From: an uncultured SAR86 cluster bacterium
GTDB lineage: Bacteria; Pseudomonadota; Gammaproteobacteria; Magnimaribacterales; D2472
Length of the DNA stretch: 64,000 bases
Assembly (NCBI GenBank): GCA_902623535.1
Contig: CACNUA010000005.1
Coordinates: 109 to 64,108 of the forward strand
Direction: 5' to 3'
Position 1 is the first letter of the stretch; each line of letters starts with the position of its first letter. A program made the translations under genes and the position numbers. The notes beneath the pieces were generated by a model. It was not told the origin of the DNA and searched no databases. It was given only the letters and a program-made list of their open reading frames with translations. Below are positions 36,276-44,906 of the stretch, piece after piece.

Positions 36276-37523
36276 ATGGATAAATCGTTTCTAATATTTT
36301 TAGCTATTCCCGTATTTTTTGTCATGATCTTGATTGAATATACCTATGGCAGGTTAAAAGGTAAAAATAATTACCGATTGAATGACACGATCACCAGCAT
36401 TAATATTGGATTAATTAGTAGATTTCCTACTATTTTAAATTTAGGGTTTCAGGGTTTAATTTATGCTTATGTTGCATCTTATTTGAGCCTAAATATTTTG
36501 CCAGAAAACTCAATTTTTACTTGGGTTTTTGCTTTTGTCTTATATGATTTTCTTTATTACTGGATGCATCGTTTGCATCATGAAAATAAGTTGCTGTGGG
36601 GAACTCATGTGGTACATCATCATGGTGAAGAGTTTAATCTATCAACCGCATTGCGTCAGACAAGTACAGGCTTTCTCTGGAAATGGATTTTTTATTTGCC
36701 AATGGTTATTTTGGGAGTACCCCCCTTGATCTTTGTAGCAGTAGGCGGCTTAAATCTAATCTACCAATATTGGGTTCATACTGAACACATTGGCAAGCTT
36801 GGTTGGTATGAAAAGATTTTTATAACCCCATCCAATCATAGAATTCATCATGCAAAAAATCCTGAGTATATTGATGCTAATTATGGTGGAGTTTTTATTC
36901 TTTGGGATCGATTCTTCGGTACATACATAGAAGAGAAAGATGATATTAAGCCTGTATATGGAACCGTTAAGCCATTAAGAAGCTGGAATCCGCTATGGGC
37001 TAACGTAGAAGTTTTCTCAGGAATGATTAGAGATTCATTCTACACAAAGCATTGGCAAGATAAGATTAAAGTTTGGTTTTCATCAACTAAATGGAGGCCT
37101 AAGGATATGATTGAAAGGTTCCCTCCAAAGGATATAGAGTTTGAAGAAAAATTTAATCCTAAGCTTGATTCAGCATTGAAGCCATTTCTATATACTCAGA
37201 TATTTCTCATGCCGGTTTTTGCAATGATTGTTTTTTTTACTGTCAGTCAACAAACATATACGGAAACTGCTTTCTTTGGAGCATCGATATTAATTTCATC
37301 TAGCATCATAGGCATCACTCTTAATAATAATTATTCAATTCTTTATATTGAAATTTTTAGAGCGCTTGCAGTGCTAATTTTGATTTATCTTTTTGGGTTA
37401 GCTGACGAAGGATTGTTATCAAGCATAGTCATGACATTGCATGCGCTAATAAATCTTATTCTAGGTTTTGGGATACTATTCAGCTACCAAAGACAATTAT
37501 TTACCAAAACTATTAATAATTAA
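36276..37523 (+). CDS. Fatty acid hydroxylase/sterol desaturase family, alkylglycerol monooxygenase-like
   Basis: His boxes HRLHH, HVVHH, HTEH, HRIHH; FNLSTALRQ, NYGGVFILWDR. Confidence 0.88.
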   Translation: MDKSFLIFLAIPVFFVMILIEYTYGRLKGKNNYRLNDTITSINIGLISRFPTILNLGFQGLIYAYVASYLSLNILPENSIFTWVFAFVLYDFLYYWMHRLHHENKLLWGTHVVHHHGEEFNLSTALRQTSTGFLWKWIFYLPMVILGVPPLIFVAVGGLNLIYQYWVHTEHIGKLGWYEKIFITPSNHRIHHAKNPEYIDANYGGVFILWDRFFGTYIEEKDDIKPVYGTVKPLRSWNPLWANVEVFSGMIRDSFYTKHWQDKIKVWFSSTKWRPKDMIERFPPKDIEFEEKFNPKLDSALKPFLYTQIFLMPVFAMIVFFTVSQQTYTETAFFGASILISSSIIGITLNNNYSILYIEIFRALAVLILIYLFGLADEGLLSSIVMTLHALINLILGFGILFSYQRQLFTKTINN

Positions 37524-38003
37524 ATTTACACAATCGTCGATCTGTGCATTATTTTGTACAGTGATGTCTGCATATTTTTTATATAATTTTGTACGTTCAG
37601 TAAATACTTCTTCAATGGACTGGTCAGGATGCTTAGCAAAACCTCTATTCAAAAAATTAATATTTCTCTCATAGATTTGCTCCAAATTTATCTCTAGATA
37701 AACAATGGTTGAGTTCTCTTTTAAAAAATTCATTCCCTGACTTCCATACACAACGCTTCCACCCGTTGAAATTATTGTTCTATCAACAGGCAACCCTATG
37801 ACCTCTATTTCTTCAATTTCTCTTAGTTTTAAATATCCATGGCTTTCTAGAAGTGCTTGCAAAGAAATTTTATATCTATCTTCAATAACTTTGTCTGTAT
37901 CTATAAATTTGTAATTTATTTTATTTGCTAAAGCATAGCCAACAGAAGTTTTTCCTGCACCAGCCATGCCGATTAAAGATATTGCTTGGGGAATTATATC
38001 CAT
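37497..38003 (-). CDS. Shikimate kinase-like P-loop kinase (second paralogue)
   Basis: GMAGAGKT, DTD, ISTGGSVVY. Confidence 0.8.
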   Translation of the reverse strand: MDIIPQAISLIGMAGAGKTSVGYALANKINYKFIDTDKVIEDRYKISLQALLESHGYLKLREIEEIEVIGLPVDRTIISTGGSVVYGSQGMNFLKENSTIVYLEINLEQIYERNINFLNRGFAKHPDQSIEEVFTERTKLYKKYADITVQNNAQIDDCVNLIINSFGK

Positions 38004-38011
38004 TTGAAAAG

Positions 38012-38087
38012 TGGTGGAGCTACGCGGGATCGAACCGCGGACCCCCTGCTTGCAAAGCAGGTGCTCTCCCAGCTGAGCTATAGCCCC
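38012..38087 (-). tRNA. tRNA-Ala(TGC)
   Basis: GGGGCTATAGCTCAGCTGGGAGAGCACCTGCTTTGCAAGCAGGGGGTCCGCGGTTCGATCCCGCGTAGCTCCACCA; full cloverleaf with CCA. Confidence 0.98.
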
Positions 38088-38245
38088 ACATAGGCGTGTT
38101 ATTGTACAAGATAAATATCTAAAAAAATATGCTATGAAATGTTATTGAAGATTTATAACTTACTTCAATGAATAGCTGGATAGCGTACTAATAATAAGAT
38201 TTTAGGTTAATATGTTTCTTTAAAAACCTTTACTTTAAAAGTAGA

Positions 38246-38385
38246 TGAGTAGAGAATCACTATGAGTTTTGTGAAACTAACACTTAGGGGAATGTAACTA
38301 AGTTCATCGATTCTCTACCCAAACTGGTAAATTGGCTGCTTAGATCACTGTATGGAAGCACAAGGATCATCATGACTAAGCAGCC
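38246..38385 (-). ncRNA. Putative structured RNA: two related stem-loop domains in the 3' region of the TonB receptor gene
   Basis: Perfect 10-bp stem 38334-38343/38376-38385 and 13-bp stem 38246-38258/38309-38321 with inner helices; mismatches become G.U on the minus strand. Confidence 0.5.
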
Positions 38386-38414
38386 GTCCCAAAAACTAAA
38401 TCAGGCACTCCTCC

Positions 38415-40661
38415 TTAAAACTTGTAACTAAATCCTACTTTTATAGTTCTAGGCTTTTGCGATCTTGCGCCATCAGATGGAGCTCTAGAAATGATATCTT
38501 CATCATCTGTTACATTCTCAAGAATCATATATACATCCATTGCTTCATTGAGTGCTTTCCTAAGATTTAGATCTAGAATAGTGTGAGCATGTATTTTATT
38601 GTAAGGGCCACATGCTGCTATTGAGCAAGAGCTACCAACATCAATTAATCTCATGTTTCCACTTAGCCCACTGTCAGTAATAAAACCTACTACCAACGAC
38701 ATAGAAGAACTAGGGATGTATGGCAGATCATCTCCAGCCGCAACAACTCCAAAATAATCACTTTCAGAGCTATTATTAAAAGTTGCATCAGTTGATGTAT
38801 AAGCCAAAGCAATTGGATAACTAATTCCATTATCACCCTCAAGAACCCATGAACCATTAAATTCTAAACCTTCTACATCTGCAGAACCACCGCTAAATAC
38901 AGCAGATTCATCAGGATTACATGCTGCGCCACTTACAAGAGTACACTCAGCAGCAAGATTAGAATATTCACTAGAAAAATAGAAAATTTCAACATCGCCT
39001 GCATCACCAGAATATCTGATTCCAAGTTCAGTGTTGTCTGCCTCTTCTGGATCAGATCCAAACATTGGAGTCATACCTTCATGGAATCCTGCTACTAAAG
39101 TAAGATTTTCATTTACTTCGTATGTAGCTCCAAAGCTTTGAGTGGTATGATCATTTTCTGTAAAGGTATCTCTAACATCTGCTTCACCTGTTCTAACCAA
39201 TGTTAAGTTTGGTCCTGCGGGATCCGACCATCTTCTGTGGCGTTGATCATAGTCCTCAGATCTGTAACCTACGGTTACATCTAATCTTCCAAAATCCATA
39301 GTATCTTGAAGGTAATATGATGTTGCGCTAGATTCTCTTAATCTGTTATTACTACCACTTAAGCCAACATAACCATACAAAGGAGATAAAGAACCATCTG
39401 CAGCTTGATCTGCGTATTCGTGAGCCTGAACTCTACTCTCGGAATCTTCCATGTCTCTGTAACCTAAAGTAAGGTCATGAATTCCCAATGAGGTGTTAAT
39501 AGTAAATTGATAACCTTCATTGGTGTAGTATCTATTGTTATGCTTATACTCAATTTGAACTGGAAGCTGACCATCGAGAATAGCCTGAGCATTTGCGCTA
39601 CCATTATTAGCAGCACTGATTAGCTCATTAATATCATCTTGCTCACCATGTTCTTTTTTATTGTTGAAATCACTAACTTTAAACCAATCCCTGTAATAGT
39701 CATTTTGCCAAGATGTGAATGTCACATTAAAGCTTTCAAAATCCCCTACATAAGTTAATGAAGTTTGATCTCCATCATTCATCATTTTGTCATATGCAGT
39801 AGCTCCATATCTTTGTCTTGGATTAGCAATAAAGCTTGCTTGTGAAAGACCCACATAAGACTGATTAGATGTTTCATCTAGATCAACCATTTTAAAAGTC
39901 AAGGAATGATCGCCATTTTCATATCTTGCTTTCACCATTAAATCAGATTTATCAAATCCAGTATCGCCACCAACATTGGCTATAGAATCAAAACCATCGC
40001 TTTCGTGCTCATGGACTTCAACCAAACCGCCAAAATTACCACTGGTGCCTCCATAATAGGCATGTGTCCTCATCATTCCATTTTCACCTAATTCTTGAAC
40101 AAATTTTCCAGAAGGTACATTTGGTATTGGAGTACTAATTAAATTGATAGCTCCACCAATTGTTTGAGGTCCCTGGGTAACTGCAGCAGGTCCTTTAAGA
40201 ACTTCAACAGAATGTATTCTTCCTGTTGTAGGAAAGTAGTATGCTGAAGAAGAAGTGTATGGAGATGGAGCAACTAGAACGCCATCTTCCATAATTGCAA
40301 CTTTAGCTGATCTTTCTATGGCTGTACCCCTTATGGAAATATTAGGTCTTAGTCCATAACCCTCTTCAGTTCTCATGTATAAGCCAGGAACAGCAGTTAG
40401 AATTTTTTGAATATCAGTATCCATAGCCTTTAACAAATCGGCATTTGAAATAATTTGCCCAGATCCAGCAAGTTTCTTTTGGTCTTCAACTGAACCAATG
40501 ATTGTTACTGATTCAATTACTTCTTCAGTATCACCTTCTTGCGCAAAAGCTAGAGGTGATATAAGCAAGGTTAAGCAAATAGTTAAATAAACTATTAGTG
40601 ACGGCAAGCTGATAGCTTGGCTTACCCAGAATTTTTGTTTTGAATTATTTGAAATTTCCAT
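38415..40661 (-). CDS. TonB-dependent outer-membrane receptor, FecA-like iron uptake
   Basis: Signal peptide, TonB box-like ESVTIIG, EEGYGLRPNISIRG, VEVLKGP, C-terminal F; ATG 40661 preceded by GGAGAA. Confidence 0.92.
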   Translation of the reverse strand: MEISNNSKQKFWVSQAISLPSLIVYLTICLTLLISPLAFAQEGDTEEVIESVTIIGSVEDQKKLAGSGQIISNADLLKAMDTDIQKILTAVPGLYMRTEEGYGLRPNISIRGTAIERSAKVAIMEDGVLVAPSPYTSSSAYYFPTTGRIHSVEVLKGPAAVTQGPQTIGGAINLISTPIPNVPSGKFVQELGENGMMRTHAYYGGTSGNFGGLVEVHEHESDGFDSIANVGGDTGFDKSDLMVKARYENGDHSLTFKMVDLDETSNQSYVGLSQASFIANPRQRYGATAYDKMMNDGDQTSLTYVGDFESFNVTFTSWQNDYYRDWFKVSDFNNKKEHGEQDDINELISAANNGSANAQAILDGQLPVQIEYKHNNRYYTNEGYQFTINTSLGIHDLTLGYRDMEDSESRVQAHEYADQAADGSLSPLYGYVGLSGSNNRLRESSATSYYLQDTMDFGRLDVTVGYRSEDYDQRHRRWSDPAGPNLTLVRTGEADVRDTFTENDHTTQSFGATYEVNENLTLVAGFHEGMTPMFGSDPEEADNTELGIRYSGDAGDVEIFYFSSEYSNLAAECTLVSGAACNPDESAVFSGGSADVEGLEFNGSWVLEGDNGISYPIALAYTSTDATFNNSSESDYFGVVAAGDDLPYIPSSSMSLVVGFITDSGLSGNMRLIDVGSSCSIAACGPYNKIHAHTILDLNLRKALNEAMDVYMILENVTDDEDIISRAPSDGARSQKPRTIKVGFSYKF

Positions 40662-40706
40662 CTTATTCTCCAATTAAAAAATCAAAGAATAGGAAGACCT
40701 ATCCTT

Positions 40707-40733
40707 TGAGAATGATAATGATAATCATTCTCA
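40707..40733. promoter_or_regulatory. Fur box
   Basis: GATAATGATAATCATTCTC (40714-40732) matches GATAATGATAATCATTATC at 18/19; perfect flanking inverted repeat TGAGAATGAT/ATCATTCTCA. Confidence 0.9.
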
Positions 40734-40754
40734 TTTAGATTTGCAACAACTTTG

Positions 40755-41171
40755 TTAGTTATTTCCTCTTATAGCGAAATAGGTTCCTAAAGCTAATAAA
40801 AAGATCTGTTCACTCATGAATAATTTTTGAGTAATCAGCCAGTCAGGGTGAGCAATTAAGAGCGCTCCAATCATAATTACAGCTACTGCACCACCACCCA
40901 ATCGAGTGACAAGGTGACCTGTTGCTCCAAGAAATCCACCTATTATAACTGCGGCACCAGCACCAACCTCTCCTAGCGCTACGAGACTAGCAGTTAATTC
41001 TGGAAAAATGATTCCTTTACTTTCAAATAATTTAACCATGCCACTAGATGGCATTGGGAATTTACCTAATCCGTGAAGGATGAATGATGTCCCAAGTGAT
41101 AGCCTTAGTAACCAGTGACTTAAATTCATAAATGGTTTAGCGACGTTATCTAAATATGCTGAAATGCTCAT
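40755..41171 (-). CDS. DoxX family membrane protein
   Basis: LLRLSLG..FILHGLGKF, four TM segments. Confidence 0.8.
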   Translation of the reverse strand: MSISAYLDNVAKPFMNLSHWLLRLSLGTSFILHGLGKFPMPSSGMVKLFESKGIIFPELTASLVALGEVGAGAAVIIGGFLGATGHLVTRLGGGAVAVIMIGALLIAHPDWLITQKLFMSEQIFLLALGTYFAIRGNN

Positions 41172-41241
41172 ATATCCTCTCTTTAAAAAATTGGTTGCTA
41201 GCTAATAAAATATTACGCTAATTAATAGTTAAAGGGAATTT

Positions 41242-41408
41242 ATGTTTAATCCATTAAAAATGGCAGGTGACATTAAGGAGGGGGCATGGAAAAAATGCTA
41301 AAGCCTGAACTTGAAAAGTTTTTGAAGTAATCTGGATTTGTGAAAAAAGCTGAGCTCTCAAAATTAGAAGCTAGAATTGAAAAACTTGAAGCAGAAGTCA
41401 AAAATTAA
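41242..41408 (+). pseudogene. Disrupted small coiled-coil protein gene (UbiK/BMFP-like)
   Basis: MFNPLKMAGDIKEG, frameshift in G-run ~41280-41284, MEKMLKPELEKFLK, in-frame TAA, SGFVKKAELSKLEARIEKLEAEVKN-stop. Confidence 0.6.
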
Positions 41409-41411
41409 AAG

Positions 41412-41801
41412 CTAAAGATCTCCCTCTTCTCTCATTTTCATTCTGATTTTAGTTGCACTAATATCAGTTATTGATTTATCAAAGACCTCTTCCTCTAAAA
41501 CATAACCTACGCCACGTCCGTAAGTAATATTAACTATGTTGGGAACCAGCATGATTTCGTATTCAATACCTCTCGTAAAATTATCCTTAGACAAACCTTC
41601 CTCAATATTTTTGCATACTGTGTCCCAATCAAAAGGATTGTCATCTTGGCCCTCGCCTCCAGATGTACCTTGAACGTCTCTGACTTGAATGATTACCTGT
41701 CCCGTTTTAACCACACACCGCTTAAAAAGCTCTTGATGGCCATCGTGCCAAGGCTGCCATCTTCCTAGCATTTGAACAGTGGGTTTTTTTGGATCAAACA
41801 T
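41412..41801 (-). CDS. Small HxGH-class nucleotidyltransferase
   Basis: GRWQPWHDGH, DNPF, ISATKIR. Confidence 0.82.
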   Translation of the reverse strand: MFDPKKPTVQMLGRWQPWHDGHQELFKRCVVKTGQVIIQVRDVQGTSGGEGQDDNPFDWDTVCKNIEEGLSKDNFTRGIEYEIMLVPNIVNITYGRGVGYVLEEEVFDKSITDISATKIRMKMREEGDL

Positions 41802-42204
41802 TCTTTAAAATCTTTTCTGCTATTTCTATATGGTTGGTCTCATTCCATTCAGTAACATGAAAATCAACCGATTCAGGTTTTTGAAAAATCTTATTGGTAT
41901 CTTCAAACCTTCCGGATGAGATTGTATCCAGCCAAATAACAATATCGGGTTCAAAATTCTCTCTGGTTTCCTTGGTAGGACAAACAAAATCACAGACAAC
42001 GAATCGACCGTTAGCCTTTTCAAAATCAGCAAAGGTTTTCATTCTCATGCTCTGCCTCAGCCTACCGGATTCAGAAAAGTCCCAATCATTTGCCATAGTC
42101 CTAACCTTATCAGCGTTATACCAAGCAGCCTCAAGCAAAGGAACAAGTCTCTCAGTAAGGTATGTCTTGCCACTTCCTGGCAAACCCATAACAAGAATTT
42201 TCAT
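41794..42204 (-). CDS. Short adenylyl-sulfate kinase-like P-loop kinase
   Basis: MGLPGSGKT, NADKVR, DWDFSESGRLRQ, DFVCP. Confidence 0.8.
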   Translation of the reverse strand: MKILVMGLPGSGKTYLTERLVPLLEAAWYNADKVRTMANDWDFSESGRLRQSMRMKTFADFEKANGRFVVCDFVCPTKETRENFEPDIVIWLDTISSGRFEDTNKIFQKPESVDFHVTEWNETNHIEIAEKILKNV

Positions 42205-42320
42205 TTGGCTAATTTTAAGTCACTTTGAGTTAGAAAAATACATAAAAAAAATTTTTTCAAAGGTGGAAACAATAAACTTTTTTGCTTTATAGTTATCTTA
42301 TATTTTCAGAGGAAAAAATC

Positions 42321-43016
42321 ATGAATAAATTTATAACACTTACTGTTGCTTGCTTCGCATTATTTGTTCAAGCAGATGCTGCATCAAACAAAGCTACAGT
42401 AGAGAAACTATATGATCTATATGAGAATGGCACAGCTAGAGAATTTGCAGACACATACGCATCTTTAGTTGCAGAGGACTATGACAGATGGTTAGGCAGA
42501 TATGTAGGCCTTGGCTTCAGGATGAATGATGACGAAATGACAGTTGAAGAAGTAGTTAACTCTCCCGCAAAGGATCATCTAAAACCTGGCGATAAAATTC
42601 TTTCAGTTAATGGCGTCAAAGCAAAAGAAGGCAATGAACTTCCATTCCAAGGACCACTTGGTGGAGAGGTCAAAGTAAAGCTGGAGCGAGATGGAAAGAA
42701 AATGACTGTAAAAATGAATAGAGCCCTTCAAACAAATAGAGGTGATAAAGATAGAATGCTCGGCTGGTTATCAAACTTTAATGAAGAAGATTGGAAGGAT
42801 AGGTCAAAGGTTATCCAAAGGAATCCTATCGTAGCTGAAGGCAATGAAGTCTACGCTTCTTTTGAAAGCAAGGACACTAATGAAGATGGAAATGAAGTCA
42901 GATGGTGGACAGTAGAAAGATTCATCTTTAATGATAGTGGGCAAATTGTTCATCACGGTGACATTAACGAGGATTTACTTATCGCTCAGCAAAACGGTTA
43001 CAAATTAAGTAAATAA
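42321..43016 (+). CDS. Secreted SnoaL/NTF2-like protein with inserted PDZ domain
   Basis: Signal peptide MNKF...VQA after GAGG; PDZ YVGLGF...SPA...LKPGDKILSVNG...VKLERDGK; flanks NKATVEKLY and IVAEGNEV...GQIVH. Confidence 0.7.
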   Translation: MNKFITLTVACFALFVQADAASNKATVEKLYDLYENGTAREFADTYASLVAEDYDRWLGRYVGLGFRMNDDEMTVEEVVNSPAKDHLKPGDKILSVNGVKAKEGNELPFQGPLGGEVKVKLERDGKKMTVKMNRALQTNRGDKDRMLGWLSNFNEEDWKDRSKVIQRNPIVAEGNEVYASFESKDTNEDGNEVRWWTVERFIFNDSGQIVHHGDINEDLLIAQQNGYKLSK

Positions 43017-43024
43017 ATTATTTT

Positions 43025-43050
43025 GCCCCTCTTTAATGAGGGGCCTTTCT
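43025..43050 (+). terminator. Probable intrinsic terminator hairpin
   Basis: GCCCCTC-TTTAAT-GAGGGGC followed by a T-rich tract, 8 bp after the stop at 43016. Confidence 0.55.
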
Positions 43051-43956
43051 TGGCTTTTGAAAACCTCCCATATCATTTTATTTCTAATACTCATCCCAAG
43101 CCTTTTGTTTGGTGATACAAAACTAGCAATTCTGGGATCAGGAACGCCAAATCCAGATCCGGACAGAATGGGCTCAGGTTATGCAGTGATCACAGACCAG
43201 GCAGTCTATTTGATTGATTTTGGCCCAGGAATCATAAGAAATGCTGCTCAGCTGTCTCAAAATTGGGGTGGAAAAATTCCGCAAATGAATGTTGCAAATT
43301 TTGAACATGCATTTCTAACGCATCTTCATTCAGATCATACGATGGGCATTGCTGATCTTTTGCTAACACCATGGGTGATGGGAAGAAGTGAACCATTAAA
43401 TTTATATGGGCCAAAGGGCCTTGATCAGCTTGCAACAAATACCTTAAAGGCAAATAAAATTGATATTGATTACAGAATTAATGGAACACAGCCAGCAAAT
43501 AAGACCGGATATAAATTTATCTTTAAAGAACTAAATGAAGGCATTGTCTTCGAAAATGAGGAAATAAAAGTTGAAGCATTTGAAGTTCCACATGGAGACT
43601 TTAAGGATGCCTATGGTTTTAGATTTACAACTGCAGATAAGGTTATTGTATTTTCAGGTGATACCGGAAAATCGCTAAAGATTGCTGAATTAGCAAAAAA
43701 TGCTGATATCTTAGTTCACGAGGTTTACTCGCTTGAAGGTTTTAAAAAGAAAACAAAGGACTGGCAGAAATATCATTCAGAACATCACACCTCAACAATT
43801 GAAGTAGGAGAGATTGCCAGCCTTGCTAAGCCAAAAAAGTTGGTGCTCTCACACATCTTGTTTTGGGGATCAACACCAAAAGATATTATGGAAGAGGTAA
43901 GATCAACATTTACAGGCGATATCATCATTGCCGAGGATGGAATGATTATTGAATGA
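43036..43956 (+). CDS. Metallo-beta-lactamase fold hydrolase (RNase Z/arylsulfatase-like), probably secreted
   Basis: LGSGTP, THLHSDH, SGDT, LVHE, HHT, LSH; start may be slightly downstream. Confidence 0.88.
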   Translation: MRGLSWLLKTSHIILFLILIPSLLFGDTKLAILGSGTPNPDPDRMGSGYAVITDQAVYLIDFGPGIIRNAAQLSQNWGGKIPQMNVANFEHAFLTHLHSDHTMGIADLLLTPWVMGRSEPLNLYGPKGLDQLATNTLKANKIDIDYRINGTQPANKTGYKFIFKELNEGIVFENEEIKVEAFEVPHGDFKDAYGFRFTTADKVIVFSGDTGKSLKIAELAKNADILVHEVYSLEGFKKKTKDWQKYHSEHHTSTIEVGEIASLAKPKKLVLSHILFWGSTPKDIMEEVRSTFTGDIIIAEDGMIIE

Positions 43957-44896
43957 TGCCGATGACTCGATCAATAAACCAATAAGCTCCCATACTACCA
44001 ATAACTAAGCTTGCAGCTATTTGAGAGGAATTTTGAATATTTATTTTTGTAGATAAATAAATAATCAGCAGCGGTATAGGTATCAAAGCAATTTGCGCAA
44101 TCTCAATGCCTACATTAAAAAATAATAAAGAAAGTAGCATTTGGTTGTTAGCAATCCCTATGTCACTTAAAGCTCCAGCGAATCCTAACCCATGCAACAG
44201 ACCAAAGCTAAATGCCATCAGCCAGGGAGTTTTAAATTGCCTATCAGATTCATTAATTTCCAAAGCTAAATAGATAATTGTTAAGGCAATAAGTGCCTCT
44301 ACTGTCCCCTGCGGTAAGTAAATTAAATCATAGATAGAAAGTCCAAGTGTAATGCTATGAGCAACAGTAAAGGCAGTGATGGTTTTAATAATATTTCCCA
44401 ACCCACTAATACAAAATATAAGACCAAAAATAAATAATATGTGGTCAAGGCCATCAAATAAGTGGTCGATGCCAAGGTAAAGATATGTGGTTGGATAATA
44501 TTGTTCTGTGATTGGAATATCTAATTTATTTCTTTGAAAATTCACCAATCCCTCAAAAGTATCATCTTGAAAATTTATGGTTACCAGAGCGTCTGTTAAG
44601 ACGCCTAAATCAATTATTTCTAAGAATTTTCCTTTGATTGATTCACTACAATTTAGGATAATTTTTTCAATATAATATTTTCCTTGCACATAAGGATCTG
44701 AGACCTCTGAGATGCATACATCAGGAAATATAACTTCAGCTTTTTTCCCAACATCTTTTACTGGATACATCCAGGTAGCATCATAAGTTCCCTCATTATT
44801 ATTTTGATTAATAATTAAATGAGCTGGATTAAATTCATGCGACTCAAGATTAGCTATTGGTAATAGAAGAACAAATAAAAAAAGTTTTTTGATCAT
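43946..44896 (-). CDS. HupE/UreJ family protein
   Basis: Signal + HEF, GLDHILF, TAFTVAHSITL, FGLLHGLGFAGAL, FNVGIE. Confidence 0.88.
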   Translation of the reverse strand: MIKKLFLFVLLLPIANLESHEFNPAHLIINQNNNEGTYDATWMYPVKDVGKKAEVIFPDVCISEVSDPYVQGKYYIEKIILNCSESIKGKFLEIIDLGVLTDALVTINFQDDTFEGLVNFQRNKLDIPITEQYYPTTYLYLGIDHLFDGLDHILFIFGLIFCISGLGNIIKTITAFTVAHSITLGLSIYDLIYLPQGTVEALIALTIIYLALEINESDRQFKTPWLMAFSFGLLHGLGFAGALSDIGIANNQMLLSLLFFNVGIEIAQIALIPIPLLIIYLSTKINIQNSSQIAASLVIGSMGAYWFIDRVIGIIQ

Positions 44897-44906
44897 AAAT
44901 TAACTA

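Noticed and set aside
38144..38169. Inverted repeat ATTGAAG...CTTCAAT upstream of tRNA-Ala
   Set aside because: Short and AT-rich, plausible by chance
38284..38373. 29-codon minus-strand ORF (MMILVLPYSD...) across the structured region
   Set aside because: No RBS at a suitable distance and no recognisable features; base-pairing explains the sequence better
38246..38385. Mini-CRISPR, hammerhead ribozyme or Rsm/Csr sRNA interpretation
   Set aside because: No identical repeats or cas genes; GAUGA lacks the CUGAUGA...GAAA core; few ANGGA loops, and G.U pairs favour the opposite strand
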